Origin: Eledone cirrhosa
Lineage: Eukaryota
DNA: 64,000 nt
Direction of reading: 5' to 3'
Assembly: GCA_964016885.1 (NCBI GenBank)
Contig: OZ024740.1
Location: 252,402,001 to 252,466,000 of the forward strand
Part shown: in pieces, positions 1 through 14,930 of the stretch
How positions within the stretch are numbered: position 1 is the first letter of the stretch
Layout: every line of letters starts with the position of its first letter
Translations under genes and position numbers: made by a program
The notes under the pieces: generated by a model
Database searches by the model: none
The model's input: only the letters and a program-made list of their open reading frames with translations
What the model was told of the DNA's origin: nothing

Positions 1-3000
1 CACTACCAACACCATCAACACCACTCACACCACCAACACTACCAACACCACCAACACCACTCACACCACCAACACTACCAACACCACCAACACCACTCAC
101 ACCACCAACACTACACCCACCATCAACACCACTCACACCACCAACACTACCAACACCACAAACACCACTCACACCACCAACACTACCAACACCACCAACA
201 CCCCAACACCCCTCACACCACCAACACCGCTCACACCACCAACTCTACCAACACCACCAACACCACTCACACCACTCACACCACCAACACCACCAACACC
301 ACCAACACCACCAACACTACCAACACCACCAACACCACTCACACCACCAACACTACCAACACCACCAACACCACTCACACCACCAACACCACCAACACCA
401 CCAACACTACCAACACCACCAACACTACCAACACAACCAACACCACTCACACCACCAACACTACCAACAACACCAACACCACTCACACCACCAACACCAC
501 CAACACCCCTCTCACCACCAACACCGCTCACACCACCAACACTACCAACACCACCAACACCACCAACACCAATCACACCACTCACACCACCAACACTACC
601 AACACCACCAACACCACTCACACCACCAACACTACCAACACCACTCACATCACCAACGCTACCAACACCATCAACACCACTATCACCACCAACACTGCAA
701 CACCACCAACACCGCTCACACCACCAACACTACCAACACCACTCACACCACTAACACTACCAACACCACCAACACCACTCACACCACCAACACCGCCCAC
801 ACCACCAACACTACCAACACCACCAACACTACCAACACCACCAACACCACTCACACCACTCACACCACCAACACTACCAACACCACCAACACTACTCACA
901 CCACCAACACTACCAACACCACCAACACCACTCACACCACCAACACCACCAACACCCCTCTCACCACCAACACCGCTCACACCACCAACACTACCAACAC
1001 CACCAACACCACTCACACCACCAACACCGCTCACACCAACAACAGTACCAACACCACCAACACCACTCACACCACCAACACCGCTCACACCACCAACACT
1101 ACCAACACCACACACACCACTAACACTACCAACACCACCAACACCATTCACACCACCAACACTACCAACACCACCAACACCACCAACACCACTCACACCA
1201 CCAACACTACCAACACCACCAACACCACTCACACCACCAACACTACCAACACCACTCACACCACCAACACCACCAACACCACCAACACCACTCACACCCC
1301 CAACACTACCAACGCCACCAACACCACTCACACCACCAACACCACTCACACCACCAACACCACTCACACCACCAACACAACTCACTCCACCAACACTACC
1401 AACACCACCAACACCACCAACACCGCTCACACCACCAACACCACTCACACCACCAACACTACCAACACCACCAACACAACTCACTCCACCAACACTACCA
1501 ACACCACTCACACCACCAACACTACCAACACCACCAACACCACTCACACCACCAACACCACCAACACCACCAACACCGCTCACACCACCAAAGCCGCTCA
1601 CACCACCAACACTACCAACACCACCAACACAACTCACTCCACCAACACTACCAACACCACCAACACCACTCACATCACCAACACCACTCACACCACCAAC
1701 ACCACTCACACCACCACACCACTCACACCACCAACACCACTCACACCACCAACACTACCAACACCACCAACACAACTCACTCCACCAACACTACCAACAC
1801 CACTCACATCACTCACATCACCAACACTTCCAACACCAGCAACACCACTCACATCACCAACACTCCTCACACCACCAACACCACTCACATCACCAACGCT
1901 ACCAACACCACTCACACCACCAACACCACTCACACCACCAACACCACTCACACCACCACACCACTCACACCACCAACACCACTCACACCACCAACACTAC
2001 CAACACCACCAACACAACTCACTCCACCAACACTACCAACACCACTCACATCACTCACATCACCAACACTTCCAACACCAGCAACACCACTCACATCACC
2101 AACACCCCTCACACCACCAACACCACTCACATCACCAACACCACCAACACCACTCACACCACCAACACCACCAACACCACCAACACCGCTCACACCACCA
2201 AAGCCGCTCACACCACCAACACTACCAACACCACCAACACAACTCACTCCACCAACACTACCAACACCACCAACACCACTCACATCACCAACACCACTCA
2301 CACCACCAACACCAGTCACACCACCACACCACTCACACCACCAACACCACTCACACCACCAACACTACCAACACCACCAACACCACTCACACCACCACAC
2401 CACTCACACCACCAACACCACTCACACCACCAAGACTACCAACACCACCAACACAACTCACTCCACCAACACTACCAACACCACTCACACCACTCACATC
2501 ACCAACACTACCAACACCACCAATACCACTCACATCACCAACACCACTCACACCACCAACACCACTCACATCACCAACGCTACCAACACCATCAACACCA
2601 CTATCACCACCAACACTGCAACACCACCAACACCACTCACGCCACCAACGCTACCAACACCACCAACACCACCAACACCACCAACACCACTCACACCACC
2701 AACGCTACCAACACCACCAACACCACCAACACCACTCACACCACCAACACCACCAACACCACCAACACCACTCACACCACCAACACCACCAACACCACCA
2801 ACACCACCAACACCACTCACACCACCAACGCTACCAACACCACTCACACCACCAACGCTACCAACACCACCAACACCACCAACACCACTCACACCACCAA
2901 CACCACCAACACCACCAACACCACTCACACCACCAACACCACCAACACCACCAACACAACCAACACCACTCACACCACCAACGCTACCAACACCACCAAC

Positions 3001-6000
3001 ACCACCAACACCACCAACACCACCAACACTACCAACACCACCAACACCACCAACACCACCAACACCACCAACACCAACACCACTCACACCACCAACACCA
3101 CCAACACTACCAACACCACCAACACCGCTCACACCACCAACACCACCAACCCCACCAACACCACTCACACCACCAACACCACCAACACCACTCACACCAC
3201 CAACGCTACCAACACCACCAACACCACTTACACCACCAACACCACCAACACCACTCACACCACCAACGCTACCAACACCACCAACACCACCAACACTACC
3301 AACACCACCAACACCACCAACACCACCAACATCACCAACACCACTCACACCACCAACACCACCAACACTACCAACACCACCAACACCGCTCACACCACCA
3401 ACACCACCAACACCACCAACACCACTCACACCACCAACACCACCAACACCACCAACACCACCAACACCACTCACTCCACCAACGCTACCAACACCACCAA
3501 CACCACTCACACCACCAACACCACCAACCCCACTCACACCATCAACACCACTCACACCACCAACACTACCAACACAACTCACAACACCAACACCACCAAC
3601 ATCACTCACACCATCAACACCACTCATACCACCAACACTACCAACACCACTCACACCACCATCACCACCAACACCACCAACACCACTCACACCTCCAACA
3701 CCACCAACACCACCAACACCGCTCACACCACCAACACCACTCACACCACCAACACAACTCACTCCACCAACACTACCAACACCACCAACACCACCAACAC
3801 CGCTCACACCACCAACACAACTCACTCCACCAACACTACCAACACCACTCACACCACCAACACTACCAACACCACCAACACAACTCACTCCACCAACACT
3901 ACCAACACCACCAACACCACTCACACCACCAACACCACCAACACCACCAACACCGCTCACACCACCAAAACCGCTCACACCACCAACACTACCAACACCA
4001 CCAACACAACTCACTCCACCAACACTAGCAACACCACTCACATCACTCACATCACCAACACTTCCAACACCAGCAACACCACTCACATCACCAACACCAC
4101 TCACACCACCAACACCACTCACACCACCACACCACTCACACCACCCACACCACTCACACCACCAACACTACCAACACCACCAACACAACTCACTCCACCA
4201 ACACTACCAACACCACTCACATCACTCACATCACCAACACTTCCAACACCAGCAACACCACTCACATCACCAACACCCCTCACACCACCAACACCACTCA
4301 CACCACCACACCACTCACACCACCAACACCACTCACACCACCAACACTACCAACACCACCAACACTACTCACTCCACCAACACTACCAACACCACTCACA
4401 CCACTCACATCACCAACACTACCAACACCACCAATACCACTCACATCACCAACACCACTCACACCACCAACACCACTCACATCACCAACGCTACCAACAC
4501 CATCAACACCACTATCACCACCAACACTGCAACACCACCAACACCACTCACGCCATCAACGCTACCAACACCACCAACACCACCAACACCCCCACACCAC
4601 TCACACCACCAACACCACCAACACTACCAACACCACTCACACCACCAACACCACCAACACCACCAACACCACTCACACCACCAACGCTACCAACACCACT
4701 CACACCACCAACGCTACCAACACCACCAACACCACCAACACCACTCACACCACCAACACCACCAACACCACCAACACCACTCACACCACCAACACTACCA
4801 ACACCACTCACATCACTCACATCACCAACACTTCCAACACCAGCAACACCACTCACATCACCAACACCCCTCACACCACCAACACCACTCACACCACCAC
4901 ACCACTCACACCACCAACACCACTCACACCACCAACACTACCAACACCACCAACACAACTCACTCCACCAACACTACCAACACCACTCACACCACTCACA
5001 TCACCAACACTACTAACACCACCAATACCACTCACATCACCAACACCACTCACACCACCAACACCACTCACATCACCAACGCTACCAACACCATCAACAC
5101 CACTATCACCACCAACACTGCAACACCACCAACACCACTCACGCCACCAACGCTACCAACACCACCAACACCACCAACACCCCAACACCACTCACACCAC
5201 CAACACCACCAACACCACCAACACCACTCACACCACCAACACCACCAACACCACCAAAACCACCAACACCACTCACACCACCAACGCTACCAACACCACT
5301 CACACCACCAACGCTACCAACACCACCAACACCACCAACACCACTCACACCACCAACACCACCAACACCACCAACACCACTCACACCACCAACACCACCA
5401 ACACCACCAACACAACCAACACCACTCACACCACCAACGCTACCAACACCACCAACACCACCAACACCACCAACACCACCAACACTACCAACACCACCAA
5501 CACCACCAACACCACCAACACCACCAACACCAACACCACTCACACCACCAACACCACCAACACTACCAACACCACCAACACCGCTCACACCACCAACACC
5601 ACCAACCCCACCAACACCACTCACACCACCAACACCACCAACACCACTCACACCACCAACGCTACCAACACCACCAACACCACTCACACCACCAACACCA
5701 CCAACACCACCAACACCACCAACACCACTCACACCACCAACGCTACCAACACCACCAACACCACCAACACTACCAACACCACCAACACCACTCACACCAC
5801 CAACGCTACCAACACCACCAACACCACCAACACTACCAACACCACCAACACCACCAACACCACCAACACCACCAACACCACTCACACCACCAACACCACC
5901 AACACTACCAACACCACCAACACCGCTCACACCACCAACACCACCAACACCACCAACACCACTCACACCACCAACACCACCAACACCACCAACACCACCA

Positions 6001-6458
6001 ACACCACTCACTCCACCAACGCTACCAACCCCACCAACACCACTCACACCACCAACACCACCAACACCACTCACACGACCAACACCACCAACACCACCAA
6101 CACCACCAACACCACTCACACCACCAACGCTACCAACACCATCAACACCTCTATCACCACCAACACTTCAACACTACCAACACCACTCACGCCACCAACG
6201 CTACCAACTCCACCAACACCACCAACACCACTCACGCCACCAACGCTACCAACACCACCAAAGCCAACAGCACCACACAGACCACCAACGCCACTAACAC
6301 CATCAACACCATCAAAACCATCAACACCACTCACACCACCAACGCTACCAATACCACCAATACCACCAACACCACCAACACCACCAACACCACCAACACC
6401 ACTCACACCACCACTCACACCACCAACGCTACCACCACCACCACCACCACCACCAACA
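1..6458. repeat. 9-bp-unit C/A-rich minisatellite (CACCAACAC / CACCACTCA / CTACCAACA variants) with higher-order block duplications; runs off the left edge
   Basis: Direct reading; the minus-strand GVG/SVG ORFs are just translations of the 9-mer. Confidence 0.95.
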
Positions 6459-6539
6459 CTACATCGTCAACAAATGTCTAAGCAGCGTTTGCTCTCATTG
6501 TGTTTTATTTATTTAATTTTTTTTTCATATTTCGTTCAG

Positions 6540-6689
6540 CTGACATTATCCTGTCGGAGTTCGGGGGTAACTGATGTAGTTTATAGTAAAAGGTCAACTA
6601 ATTTAACAGGGATGCTGTTGTTTGCTTTTCTCACAGAAAGTACAATAGACATTTTCAGAAAAGGACCAGCTACACCTCAACAACAATAA
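6540..6689 (+). CDS. Possible last two exons of a host gene (6540-6566 and 6637-6689), peptide ...DIILSEFG|ESTIDIFRKGPATPQQQ*
   Basis: T-rich tract ending TTCGTTCAG (6539), 27-nt exon, GTAACT donor (6567), 70-nt intron ending TTTTCTCACAG (6636), phase-consistent frame to TAA. Protein not recognised. Confidence 0.25.
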   Translation: MTLSCRSSGVTDVVYSKRSTNLTGMLLFAFLTESTIDIFRKGPATPQQQ

Positions 6690-7182
6690 AAGCAATAACA
6701 ATGACTATAACATTCCTTGCAGTAGCAGTAACACTAGCAAACTACAAGAGTAACTTTGTTTGCCGTTCCCAGAAAGATTTCAAAATAGATCATAAAAGAA
6801 GAGATACATGTGAATTAAGTCTGAAACGTCTTTAAAGAAAACAACATTTTTTTTTACAAGTGTTTTCCTTTAAGTATTTATATAATTATTTAAATAGCAG
6901 TGAATTGGTGAGTAGATTTCAGATATGGGAAGGAAATATGTTGTCATCTCTCATTGGTTCCCCCATTAATGCACTTCTCCACTCAATATTGCAAAAGCTC
7001 ACTTGATTATTGGATACAATCTCTCTGTAAATTAAGATCCGTATTTACGCACTGTGTGAAGTCTGCTCACGTTGAAAGGGAGCTTCAATAACTGTCCTCT
7101 TTATATTTAGGCATATTTAATATCAACTGACAATTTACTGAAATATCTACTGAGTATGTATATGTTAAATTATCGGAACATA

Positions 7183-7377
7183 CGAGGGTCAGCTGAAAAA
7201 TTCATAGGCTGGCCAAGATACTCAAATGAGGGTTATGGTTTTTGTCAACATAATCTCTGGAATCAATGTTACCAAATGGAGCTATTAATAAGAAGAGTTG
7301 AAATTAATGCATGTAAAATTTCATAGCTCTAGCGTCACTCCTTCATAGTCAGCCTAAGAACTTTCATCCGACTCTCG
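7183..7377. mobile_element. Tc1/mariner-type MITE
   Basis: Imperfect TIRs CGAGGGTCAGCTGAAAAATTCATAGGCTG / CAGCCTAAGAACTTTCATCCGACTCTCG, flanked by TA; same family at 49202-49311. Confidence 0.75.
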
Positions 7378-8044
7378 TATATAATATATGTACAATCTTA
7401 AAGTAATGTGGAAAATATACTGCAATAGGAACTCGAGCCATTGCATGGAGAGTGTTCAGTTTTAGTTTCGTATTCAATATACACATTTTTTTTCTACTTG
7501 GTTTCTCTTGAGGAAAGTGAAGTGCCTAAGATCTTCACGTCTGGAGAGATTGATGTTGTTGATGTTCTGATTAAAGTGTTGCAAGTTCACTCCTATAGGA
7601 AGAACATGAGCAGGGCGGGAGCTCCAAGAGCCGATGTGTTTGGCAAGAAAGTCTAGGTATAGTGGTCAATCCGAAGTCTAGTTGGTTAGGCACAACATGT
7701 GTAATGAGATGAGAAAAGACGAATCGGAAGTGCCTGAGGATGGGGGGGGGGGGGGATGACATGAGTCCAGCAAGCCCAGAGAAACTGAGAACTTTGTCAT
7801 AACGGCGAAAGAGTTTTAGGGAGGAGAGAGCATGTTTTGGAAATTATCACAGAGAGAAAGAGATTAAACCGATTAACTGAGTGGCCTTTCTCTGTATGTA
7901 TGTTCGTACGTACGTACATATGAAGGTATGTAGGTAGGTATGTAGGTAGGTATATAAGTATGTATGCATGTACGTACATATGTATGTATGTATTTATGTG
8001 ACTATCTATATGTACTTTTTAAGGTGTTTCTATCTGTTTATTAC

Positions 8045-8325
8045 ATATAATTGTTTCTACTTCTGGCACAAGGCCAACAATTATCCCAGTGTATTACTGG
8101 TACTTTATTTTATCGACCCCGTAACGATGAAAGGCAAAGTTAACCTCGGCGGCATTTGTACTCAGACCATTATTTCATATAATTGTTTCTACTTTAGGCA
8201 CAAGGCCAGCAAATACCCAGTGCATTACTGGTACTTTATTTTATCGACCCCGTAAGGATGAAAGGCAAAGTTAACCTCGGCGGGATTTGAACTCAGATCG
8301 TAAAGGGACGTAACTATTATTACAT
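8045..8325 (-). mobile_element. Two tandem partial copies of a tRNA-derived SINE
   Basis: Reverse complement of GAGTTCAAATCCCGCCGAGGTTAACTTTGCCTTTCATCC...GGGTCGATAAAATAAAGTACCAG, shared with copies at 16398, 38281 and 39519. Confidence 0.8.
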
Positions 8326-8767
8326 ATAATGTTACCTAATAATTTATAAATATATTCTTGAAACAAAACCAGTAATATATTAGTCGAACTAGTACCCAAT
8401 AATACGTTATATATGCAAATTTATTTAACCCATTTATTTAAGCCCTTCGTAATAGTGGGTTTATAAGCAGTGACTCTGTGGACAATTAAAGATGATGCTC
8501 TGTCGCGGATGAAATCCTTGCGCAAGATTGTTACTAATCCGGCGTACACTTGCCTCAACGTTTGAGTCCAAGAAGATACTATATATATATATACAGACAA
8601 GCTATTTACATCTGTCTACACATACACACACACACACACATACATATACATGCTCACACACACACACCCACACACACGTACACACGCACATATGTATATA
8701 TATGAATGTATGTTCATATATGAATGTTTGTGTCGCCCCACAAACACATTCATTGATATATATAATG

Positions 8768-8798
<31 letters not shown>

Positions 8799-9168
8799 GA
8801 ATAAAGTGGTCCTCATCAGTGATCTTCCAACCATCACAGGTATTTCTTCGCTTTAAAGACCATATACCTCCGGTTGGTGCGAGCAACGGCTAAAAAAAGT
8901 CGTTGGGACACGTAAATAAAGGGGACAGCGAGAGTGTAAACAAAGGTGGTGAAGCAACGAAAAGTGAGGAAGAACGAGTCAAGTCCCAAATTTCCATGAA
9001 TATAATTTCGGTGAAATCGTGAACGAGAGAGAATAAAGACCATCAAACCTGGTTGGAATGTGAGCAAGGAAGGAATTCCGTACAGGTCTAACGGGAGGAA
9101 GAATGAATCTAGTCTGTGAATTCGGTGAACATAAGTTCTGTGAAATCGTAGACGAGAGAGAGAAAAAA

Positions 9169-9222
<54 letters not shown>

Positions 9223-9722
9223 CATAATCGGAGAAAGCTAAAAGCGATACTCCGGCCAAATTCCAACTCACTCAACAAACATTACGAAATACCTGAGTAT
9301 ATTCCCAATTAAACGTTTGGGGTGCTAACTATATTGTATTGTGTGGATAATTGGCAGTATAATTTCATATGAGATATATCAAATATATCATTTCCCAGAC
9401 GACTCGTTTCATTATAAGATTTCTACAACTTGGGTGAAATTATACCAAGTTATGTAGGAGCTTGTATACCATCAACAGATACTTATTCAAGTGGGCCCTT
9501 ATAAATCTTCAGTGGGTACCCAAACTAAATCAATATCAATATTTAGCGATAATCACCACCAGTGCTTGAGGGGACTGCTAGGTTATATATATATATATAT
9601 ATGTACATATATACATATATAACAAAGAAGGTGTCGTAAGATACCAGGTGGACCATAACGCACCAGAGTACTCGATATTTAGGGTAGTAGATTGGGTAAT
9701 ATGAAAAGAGTCAGGACACTCT

Positions 9723-9753
<31 letters not shown>

Positions 9754-9814
9754 GTAATAATAATAAAATTGAAGACTAAAATCCAGAGAGGGCTCGATAA
9801 GGAAAATATATATC

Positions 9815-10286
9815 TGTATTGTATTTATTTACTTTGTTCTTAACTCTGTAGCGGAGATTCATTCGGTCTCCTAGTTAGAATTTTAGTCTACGACTTCTGC
9901 TATACCATTTACGTGGTTTTGTCTTTGCACGCTATTGTTCTCCACGCTCCACATATGACTTATTATCTTCGTTTTTGCGTTCATTGCCAGAGAACGTCTC
10001 TATGCACCACTTAGAGAACATTAGTCTACGACCTCTTTTATACCATAAACGTGGTTCTGTCCTTGCACGTAATTGTTTTTCACCGCTCCTATTAATGACG
10101 TATTATTCGTTTTTTCCCGTTCTTTGCCAGCGAACGTCACCATGAACCAAAGTATCGTCTTCCTGTCTTCCTCCGGTTGCAACGTTTTTTGAAATATCCA
10201 GTTCTGCATTTACAGATTGACTTTCAGAAGATCCCGTTAAGGGTGAAAGCAGCGATTTTTTGCTTAAACTTTAATCTGTTATTTTA

Positions 10287-10290
<4 letters not shown>
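9815..10290 (+). mobile_element. Solo pseudo-LTR/3' segment of the PLE family at 36152-38059
   Basis: 9815-10030 nearly identical to 37843-38061; diverged 138-bp internal dimer; ends with HHR, AATAAA and (TA)n. Confidence 0.75.
10212..10279 (+). ncRNA. Type I hammerhead ribozyme motif with U4A core change
   Basis: Stem I ACAGATTGA-C-TTT / AAA-CT-TTAATCTGT; core CAGAAGA; stem II CCC/GGG; GAAA; stem III AGCAG/TTGCT; cleavage triplet CUU. Confidence 0.6.
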
Positions 10291-10337
<47 letters not shown>

Positions 10338-10465
10338 AAAGTTCTATTTAAAATTGTTGGGATACAACAAGTAAATATTTCATAACTGATATAAAGCACT
10401 CGACAAGTTTTTGGAGTAGATATACGATATTAAATAAATGGAAACTATATTTATAAAACCATATT

Positions 10466-10530
10466 TATTTCATTATACATATTTCAGGGATACCAAATTA
10501 AAATATGGTATGCCTTCATCAGACAAAATA
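10466..10530 (-). ncRNA. Minimal type I hammerhead ribozyme (family A) in the inverted pLTR arm
   Basis: Reverse complement of 14246-14310. Confidence 0.8.
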
Positions 10531-10755
10531 CAATATATAAACAGTTTTATAAATAATTTTGACGTATCCTATTAGATGCGACCATTACTTTTGGAAGCTG
10601 TCTGGATAGTGAGATGTTTATAATTATTTTATTAGTTATAGTGTTAAGCACAGTTAGAAAAAGACGGAGAGAAAGAAAAAACGGAGAGAGAGAAGGAGAG
10701 AGAGAAAAAAATCCCCCCCCCCCAACAAATCCCCCCCCCCCCCGACAAACTACTA

Positions 10756-12772
10756 ATGGATTTTGAAGACGATATAATTTCTATCATCCAAGGCATCAAA
10801 TTCAAGAGAAACTTCAAAGGCCAGGACTACTTAAGATGCATTAAGGATAATATTGAAAGCTTGGAAAAAACAGAGAAAGTCTTAGTGAAAGCGGACAAAA
10901 CTAATAACCTTTATGGAGTACAAAAGGACATGTATAACGGCCTTATATTGAAAGAACTAAGGAAAAAGTACAAGGTAGCAAGTAAGGACGAACTGGAAAA
11001 AATGAATACAGAGGCATCTTGTATAATGCATGAATTAGAAATTGAGAATAAAACACAACCCTTCATGCCTAGGAAACCCAAGATCAATATGAAAGATCAC
11101 AAAAGAAACTTTGAAAATGATTTGCCAGTCAGATTAATTGCACCATCAAAATCTGACCTGGGAAAACTTAGCAAAAACATTCTAGACAGGGTAATACAAC
11201 AAATTAAAAACTTACATAATTTACCTTACTTAAAGTTATGGAAGGGGACTGGTGAGGTTATTGAGTGGTTTAAATAAATTAAATATAACTATAATAATAA
11301 GTTTATTCAGCTGGATATTGCTAACTACTATTCATCTATCACTCCTAATCTACTGAATAAGGCACTAAATTACGCATTTAAACATACTGACCTAACTAGC
11401 AATGAAATGCACATTATATTATCGGCAAGGAAAACATTGATAGAATTTAATAACCAACTATGGACTAGGGCAGATAGAGATAATAATTTCGACATAACTA
11501 TGGGAACATCAGACTCAGCTCAGGTAACGGACCTTGTGGGCCTATTTATAATTAATTCGCTACATAGAAAAATACCAGGTGTAACCGGAGGATTATATCG
11601 TGATGACATGCTTTTACTTATTGAAAATAATAGCTGTGAACTAAATAGAACAAGAAAACAAATTATACAATTTTTTAATTACCTTAATCTAAAAATAGAA
11701 ATAGAGAATAACCATAGAATAGTCAATTTTCTGGATGTAACACTAAATCTCAACACATGTCTTCATTATCCATTTCACAAACTAAATGAGAACTTGAATT
11801 ATGTCAATTTTAACTCTAATCACCCCAGATCTGTTAAAAATACTATAGTGAACTCTGTTCAAGAACGAATTTCAAGAATTTCATCTAATAAAAATATTTT
11901 TGATGAAAAAGCGCAGTATTACAATGAAGCGTTAGCTAGAGCAGGATATAGAGATAAAATTAAATACATCGATAATAATAATAAGCAAACTAACCCAAAT
12001 AATAACAATTTTAATTACGGTAACAACTTTAACAACTATAATAGAAAACATTACAATAATTCCAAAAGCCGAAAAAGAAATAGAACTAGAAATATATTAT
12101 GGTTTGCCCCCCCCCCCTTTCTCACTAAATATTAAAACCCATATTGCTAAACTATTCTTTAATGCTCTTGACAAACGCTTCCCTAGAACACATAAATATC
12201 ACTCAATTTTTAATAGACACACTATAAAATTAACTTACTCATCCACCAAAAATTTAGCACAAAATATTAACAGAATTAATAATAGGAATTTAAAACCTAA
12301 CCAAAATACCAATAATAACCCAAACAATATTCAATTAAATAACTGTAACTGTAGAAATAAATCTAACTGTCCGTTAAATAACAACTGCTTAGCTAAAAAT
12401 GTAGTGTACAATTGTAATGTTAAAACTAATTTAAATTCTTTTAACTATGTTGGTTCCACCTCGACAGAATTTAAACTTCGCTTCAATAATCATAAGAATT
12501 CTTTCACAGATCCAAACAAAAAATCCCCAACTTCGCTATCTAGCCTACTCTGGCACCTTAAACGAGATAATGTTAAATATTCGATGATTTGGAATATTGT
12601 CTCATAAGGTACTCCTTTTAATTCCTCTTCAGAGAGTTGTGATCTTTGTATAGAAGAAATATTCTTTATATTAAAGTCCAAAAATTCCCTTAATTTAAGG
12701 AGCAATTTATTCAGTTGCTGCAGACATAGATTGAACTCAACGTTTAAATATAAATATAAATTTAAAATGTAG
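10756..12772 (+). pseudogene. PLE reverse transcriptase + GIY-YIG endonuclease, disrupted
   Basis: Motifs KADKTNN, QLDIANYYSSI, ITMGTSDSAQV, GGLYRDD, NFLDV, SNHP, linker CNCRNKSNCPLNNNC, VVY..YVG..FKLRFNNH, CDLC. TAA stops at 11275 and 12605; frameshift in poly-C near 12110. Confidence 0.9.
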
Positions 12773-14245
12773 TATAATTAATTAAGAATTTTAGTTAATA
12801 TATGAAACCTGACGATAAATCATTAGATTCCTTCACCTTTTTCTTTTTAAACTTTCTTCCTAAATATAAACAAGGATATAATAAACTACTCTAAAATGTA
12901 TATGCTCCCAATGTATTAAATAAAATTTACGTAAGATAAATTTCTATACTAAATATAAGGGCATCCGTAGAATCACTGGGTCTTCTAAATCTTTTAAATT
13001 ATTTTTATTTTTTTATTTGTTTTTTTATTTTGATAGCTTCTAATAACTTTCATATGTCTACCCTTGCAATATCTTGTTTGAGATATAGGTAGGACAGATT
13101 TCTATAATAAATATATAAAACATATTATTTTAACTTGAGATACCCTATAGTGTTTTAAAGATATTTAATGCTTTGATATTTCTATATTAATATATTGATA
13201 TTTGATTATCTCTATACAAGGGCCATATATGTGTATTAACATGCATATAAAAGGTTTATAGGGTTTATTTATGTGTTCGTATATATGTCTGTATATATGC
13301 ATAACGATGCTGGAAAACTCACGTAGATATTTATTTATACATATGTATGTGTATGTATGGTTGTGTGTGTATATGTTGATGTGTGTTGCAGATATGCATA
13401 ATATTAAATACATGAACGGTAATCATATATATGAGGACATGAATATTAATCGTATTTTTATGTATATATACTGTGAAATTTTTATAACACAAGAAATGTA
13501 TAGAAGTGATCAAGTGAAATCATTTGTGTGTCTATATTATTGACTGGAGTAGACATAATTTCTCTTTTTTCAGGACGTACATATGCGTGTATATATATAT
13601 ACATATATGTATCCGTATTTTTATAAATAAGGTATTTTTTTAAAGGTTTTAACTCAGATTTTGGTATATTGACCTCAAGGTTTTAAACTAAACATATGGT
13701 CATTATTGAACAATGTTATTTTCTCATATTATATATCTATGTCCCATTCATGAATAATGATATTTACATTTTTATTATTCATTTCATATGAATTGTTAAC
13801 TCAACTTAATATGACATGACGTAAAGTTGTCACTATATCCTCCTCTCTCTATATAGTATTTCCTCTCTCTTGAGTTTCTCTATCTGTATGATGAATTATT
13901 ATCTCTCTGTTGCTTTCTTTTGTTTTTCTTATTTCTTCCTTCTTTCTTTCTTTTTCATTTCCTCCTATCTATTTATATCTTTCTTTTCTGCATACATTCC
14001 TCTCTCTCTCCGGTAGTTCTCCAGGTTCTCTTTTTCTCTCTATCCTTCTTTTTTTCTCTCTCTCCTTCTTTTTCTCTCTCCTTCTCTCTCTCCGTTTTTT
14101 CTTTCTCTCCGTCTTTTTCTAACTGTGCTTAACACTATAACTAATAAAATAATTATAAACATCTCACTATCCAGACAGCTTCCAAAAATAATGGTCGCAT
14201 CTAATAGGGTACGTCAAAATTATTTATAAAACTGTTTATATATTG

Positions 14246-14310
14246 TATTTTGTCTGATGAAGGCATACCATATTTTAATTTGGTATCCCTGAAATATGTA
14301 TAATGAAATA
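14246..14310 (+). ncRNA. Minimal type I hammerhead ribozyme (family A) in the PLE1 3' pLTR
   Basis: TATTTTGT-CTGATGA-AGGCATACCA..TGGTATCCCT-GAAA-TATGTA-TA-ATGAAATA; stems I and II pair; stem III is near-palindromic. Confidence 0.8.
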
Positions 14311-14430
14311 AATATGGTTTTATAAATATAGTTTCCATTTATTTAATATCGTATATATATATATATACACACACACACACATATATATATATGTATATAT
14401 ATGTGAATGCATATATACATACATATATAT

Positions 14431-14557
<127 letters not shown>

Positions 14558-14773
14558 TACATATAAGTATGTTTTGAAACAGTGAGCAGGTTTGAAATTA
14601 GAAAATATATAGCTTTCACCGTATTTTTGACTAAAGGAATTTTAGCCTGATAACGGGGTTTAGAACCCTCAGATAAATGGAAAAAGATGAGTATTTATCT
14701 GAGGGTTCTAAACCTCATTATCAGGGTAAAATTCCTTTAGTCAAAAATACGGTGAAAGATATATACATATATA

Positions 14774-14815
<42 letters not shown>

Positions 14816-14831
14816 TATATATGTATATATC

Positions 14832-14930
<99 letters not shown>

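Larger units (their letters stand above)
10342..14352 (+). mobile_element. Penelope-like retroelement (PLE1), 5'-truncated, with an inverted pseudo-LTR copy at its 5' end, inserted in (TA)n
   Basis: 10424-10710 is the reverse complement of ~14060-14352; RT+GIY-YIG ORF lies between; HHR in each arm; (TA)n on both flanks. Confidence 0.9.

Noticed and set aside
169-6418. Gly/Val/Ser-rich ORFs resembling a structural protein
   Set aside because: They are translations of the 9-bp repeat, with frameshifts between blocks and no unique coding sequence
11275-12607. Selenocysteine recoding of PLE stops, as described for some PLE clades
   Set aside because: The in-frame stops are TAA, not TGA, and are not at Cys positions
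14646-14727. HHR-like CTGATAA-stem-GATA
   Set aside because: Two core deviations, and no convincing stem III or stem I
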